Origin: Deltaproteobacteria bacterium
Lineage (GTDB): Bacteria; Myxococcota; Kuafuiibacteriia; Kuafuiibacteriales; Kuafuiibacteriaceae
Length of the DNA stretch: 64,000 nt
Reading direction: 5' to 3'
NCBI GenBank assembly: GCA_040218735.1
Contig: JAVJQW010000060.1
Span: 1-64,000 of the forward strand
Below, in pieces: positions 61,243 to 64,000 of the stretch. The notes under the pieces were generated by a model. That model saw nothing but the letters and a program-made list of their open reading frames with translations, had not been told where the DNA came from and searched no databases. Position 1 is the first letter of the stretch, and every line of letters begins with the position of its first letter. The translations under genes were made by a program, and so were the position numbers.

Positions 61243-64000
61243 CTACGCGAGCCCTCCGAACAGCCACAGGAGCAGCAGCACGAGCAACGCGAGGCCACCG
61301 AGGGCGAGCGCGATGAACACGAGCCTCATCGAGGCCCTGCGCGTCGCGAGCGACTTGTCCTCTTCGACCTTCATCGAGCGCGCGGGCTCCGCCTGCACCG
61401 GGACGTCGGCCGACGACTGCGCCGGCGGCGGCGATGCGGCCGGGCGGCCGGACACCGGCGCCGAGCCTGCCGCCGCCTCCGACGGTTCGTCCGGCGCGGC
61501 CGGACGGCCGGACACCGGCGCCGAGCCTGCCGCCGCGTCCGACGGTTCGTCCGGCGCGGCCGGACGGCCGGACACCGGCGCCGAGCCTGCCGCCGCCTTT
61601 GGCGGTTCCGCGGGCGCGGCCGGCTTGGGCGCGGCCGGGCGGCCCCGCGTCGGCGCCGCTTCCGAGGGCGCATCGAGGGCGGACTCAACCCGAGCCTCCT
61701 CATCCTCGGAAGGCCCCTGGGGCGCGCCCGCGGGCGGCTCCGACCGCAGCGCGCGCGGCGGCGGCGGCGCGGCCCTCGCGAAGTCCGGCGCGTCGTCTTC
61801 ACGCGCCCACGCGTCCTCGTACCCGGTGAGCTCGAGCTCCTCGCCCCCGTGCGCGTCGAAGGCCTCCTCCGCTTCGGCGAGCACCTCCCCCTGCAGATCG
61901 GACGTCGGCACCTCGCCCTCCAGGCTCGACATCACAACCTTGTCCGTGTCGTCCGGCCCCAGCGCGTCTTGCCGCGGCGCGCCGGGCGCCTCGCGTTTCT
62001 TCCCCTTCGCGGGAATCCTCGCCGCGCGGCGCGCCGGCGCCTCTTCGCTGCTCAACCGCATCAGCCTCTCAGGGAGCTCCGCCGTCACCGGAGTGTCCTC
62101 GAGATCGACGTCATCGAGATCCGCGAAGCCGTCCTCGTCAGACAGCGCGCCGCCCCCGAAGCCCGCCCCGGTCGGCGCCCGCATGCGTCCCGTCGCGACC
62201 CCCGACCGCGTCTGCGACAGCGGCGCGGGCATCGCCGCCCGCAGGCCGACGCCCTCCGCCGACATCCCGTACGGCAACGCGTGGGGCATCGTCGACTGCA
62301 TCCGATCCAGCTCCGGGTCCACCGTGACGTCGGCCGACACCGCGACCCACGACGTCTTGCGCGTCGCGATCTGGAAGTCGAGGCCGACCCGTTCGATCTG
62401 CGCGTCGACGTCCTGGACGTCGCCGCCGGCGCAGCGGTGGGCCTCGAGGTCTTCGACCCACTCACGACCGAACAGCGCGGTCACCGCCTGGTGCCCCTCC
62501 CCCAACGCCAGCGGCGCGAGCTCGATGCGCTGCGAGAACGGGCCGTTCGCCGTCTCGCCCTCCACGACGAGCGTGCCGCCGAGCGGCGACAGCTCCACGC
62601 TGATCATCGCGGGGCTTGCCGCGTACAGATCCGGGAGCGCCATCGGCACGGTGCGTTCGACGGCGTCGCCCTTCACCTTCACGTTGGTCACGAGCGGGAG
62701 CGCCGTCTTGCTCACCAGCCGCGCGGCGCCGCGCTCCGGATCCTCGTCGATCGCGAGCGCGAGGCACACACCACCACCGGCGCGCGCGGCCGGCTTCAGC
62801 AGCGCGTCGTTCGGCGCGGATCCCACCCCGACGGTGTGGAGGCGACAGCTCTTCGGGAGCCGCTCGATCACCGTCTCGATGATCTCACCCTCGAAGCCGA
62901 TGTACCCGTCGGTGACGAGGATGACCTGCCGCTGCGCACCGCTCCGCAGCGGCGTCAGCGCTTCGAGCAACCCGGTCCGCATCTCCGTGCCACCGCCCGC
63001 GCGCAGCCCGGCGAGCCACTTGTGCGCCGCCTGTTTGCCGGTGCGTGTCGCGACGACCGGCTCGCCCTTCCAGCGGCTCGGGCGGTTCGAAAACTCGATC
63101 ATCTCCAGGCGGTCGTGGTCCGCGAGCCCGTCGATCATCGCCGCGAGCACCCGCTTTGCCTGGTCGAGCGGGCGACCGCTCATCGAGCCGCTGGTGTCGA
63201 TCAGGAAGATGAGATCCCGCGGCATCGCGGCGGCGGCCTTCGGCGCCTCGGGCGGCACGATGGTGAGCAGCCCGTAGGCGTGGCCCTGGTGCTCCGCGGG
63301 GCGCGCGGCGTCGAGCACCACCCCCGCCTCCGGCTTGGCGACCGGCCAGCGCACCACGAAGTCGCGGTCGAGCGCCGCCCGGGCCTCGGCGTCGAGCCGA
63401 ACGCGACGACGCAGCCCCTCCTCCGTCGCGGTCATCGCGTGGGAGGGGGACGCAGGGGTGCGGCCGTTCAGGACAACGTCACCGATCACGAGGTCGAGCG
63501 TGAGCGTCGTGGGGAGCGGGCCATCCGCGACGTCGACCGTGACCCGCGCGGCGTCCTTCACCCGCCCGGGCTCGCCCATGTACCGCGGTCCCACGACGGT
63601 CGGGAACCGCCACGACCACTGCCCCTCTTCGGCGATCCACACCAGCTTCTGGTCCACGACGACCTCGACGCGCACCTCCTCGTGCGGCGGGATGTTGCCG
63701 ACCTTCTGCGTGAACGTGTTGGGGCGCTCCTGCTCGAGGAGCGCGGCGCTCTGACCGGCGGCGAGCGCGGCGTCGTAGCGCTCGCGCGCGGCCTTCTTCT
63801 TGTCGACCTCGCCCACCGTGCGCTTGCCAGCGACGGTGAACGCAAAGCCGCTCACGGCGCCGTCGGCGGGGAGCGGGAGGAGGTACGTGACCTCGAGCGG
63901 GCGGTCGTTGGGGTTGGCGAACGTCTGGACGAGGACGGTGCGCGCGAGGCCGGCCTTGGCCTCGACGTCGAGGTGGCTCGCCTTCAGCGGCAGGGTGGCG
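61243..64000 (-). CDS. VIT + vWA domain protein with low-complexity stalk and C-terminal TM (5'-partial)
   Basis: QTFANP..LEVTYLLPLP.DGAV (VIT), DTSGSMSG MIDAS, GGTE, LVTDG; frame open to the window end. Confidence 0.9.
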   Translation of the reverse strand, partial: ATLPLKASHLDVEAKAGLARTVLVQTFANPNDRPLEVTYLLPLPADGAVSGFAFTVAGKRTVGEVDKKKAARERYDAALAAGQSAALLEQERPNTFTQKVGNIPPHEEVRVEVVVDQKLVWIAEEGQWSWRFPTVVGPRYMGEPGRVKDAARVTVDVADGPLPTTLTLDLVIGDVVLNGRTPASPSHAMTATEEGLRRRVRLDAEARAALDRDFVVRWPVAKPEAGVVLDAARPAEHQGHAYGLLTIVPPEAPKAAAAMPRDLIFLIDTSGSMSGRPLDQAKRVLAAMIDGLADHDRLEMIEFSNRPSRWKGEPVVATRTGKQAAHKWLAGLRAGGGTEMRTGLLEALTPLRSGAQRQVILVTDGYIGFEGEIIETVIERLPKSCRLHTVGVGSAPNDALLKPAARAGGGVCLALAIDEDPERGAARLVSKTALPLVTNVKVKGDAVERTVPMALPDLYAASPAMISVELSPLGGTLVVEGETANGPFSQRIELAPLALGEGHQAVTALFGREWVEDLEAHRCAGGDVQDVDAQIERVGLDFQIATRKTSWVAVSADVTVDPELDRMQSTMPHALPYGMSAEGVGLRAAMPAPLSQTRSGVATGRMRAPTGAGFGGGALSDEDGFADLDDVDLEDTPVTAELPERLMRLSSEEAPARRAARIPAKGKKREAPGAPRQDALGPDDTDKVVMSSLEGEVPTSDLQGEVLAEAEEAFDAHGGEELELTGYEDAWAREDDAPDFARAAPPPPRALRSEPPAGAPQGPSEDEEARVESALDAPSEAAPTRGRPAAPKPAAPAEPPKAAAGSAPVSGRPAAPDEPSDAAAGSAPVSGRPAAPDEPSEAAAGSAPVSGRPAASPPPAQSSADVPVQAEPARSMKVEEDKSLATRRASMRLVFIALALGGLALLVLLLLWLFGGLA
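61436..61597. repeat. 60-bp coding tandem repeat (about 2.7 copies)
   Basis: Encodes AAAGSAPVSGRPAA(PDEPS) repeats in the vWA protein stalk. Confidence 0.85.

Overview
High-GC bacterial chromosomal window whose gene content points to Myxococcota: MYXO-CTERM-like sorting tails, Myxococcus Cys-rich repeats, RDAG-linker lipoproteins, and sigma54 and ECF regulators. About 50 protein-coding genes are supportable. Recognisable ones include prlC, nhaA, tatD, sucA-sucB, a tandem FKBP, a SNF2 helicase, an arsR-acr3-arsC-arsH operon and an algI/algJ-type O-acetylation pair; many others encode secreted proteins. I found no rRNA, tRNA, CRISPR array or intact mobile element by eye. The main finding is an ECF sigma / membrane anti-sigma-like / lipoprotein CHAT (caspase-like) protease cassette at 28.3-39.1 kb. 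The same motif CGTGAG-N16-GCATA lies upstream of the sigma gene, of the adjacent S8 protease and of the divergent tyrosinase-like/sulfatase/multiheme operon, which suggests a self-contained proteolytic signalling system with its own regulon. Other highlights: a 2-oxoglutarate dehydrogenase E1 (SucA) with an inserted cyclic-nucleotide-binding domain; a sigma54 module with a sensor-less activator and a Bsp22/EspA-like helical protein; a Trp/Cys-rich lipopeptide coupled to a diiron ferritin-like protein; a degenerate tyrosine recombinase behind two palindromic sites; and a ~435-bp indel-free hairpin at the window start. All calls come from reading motifs; no database search was run.
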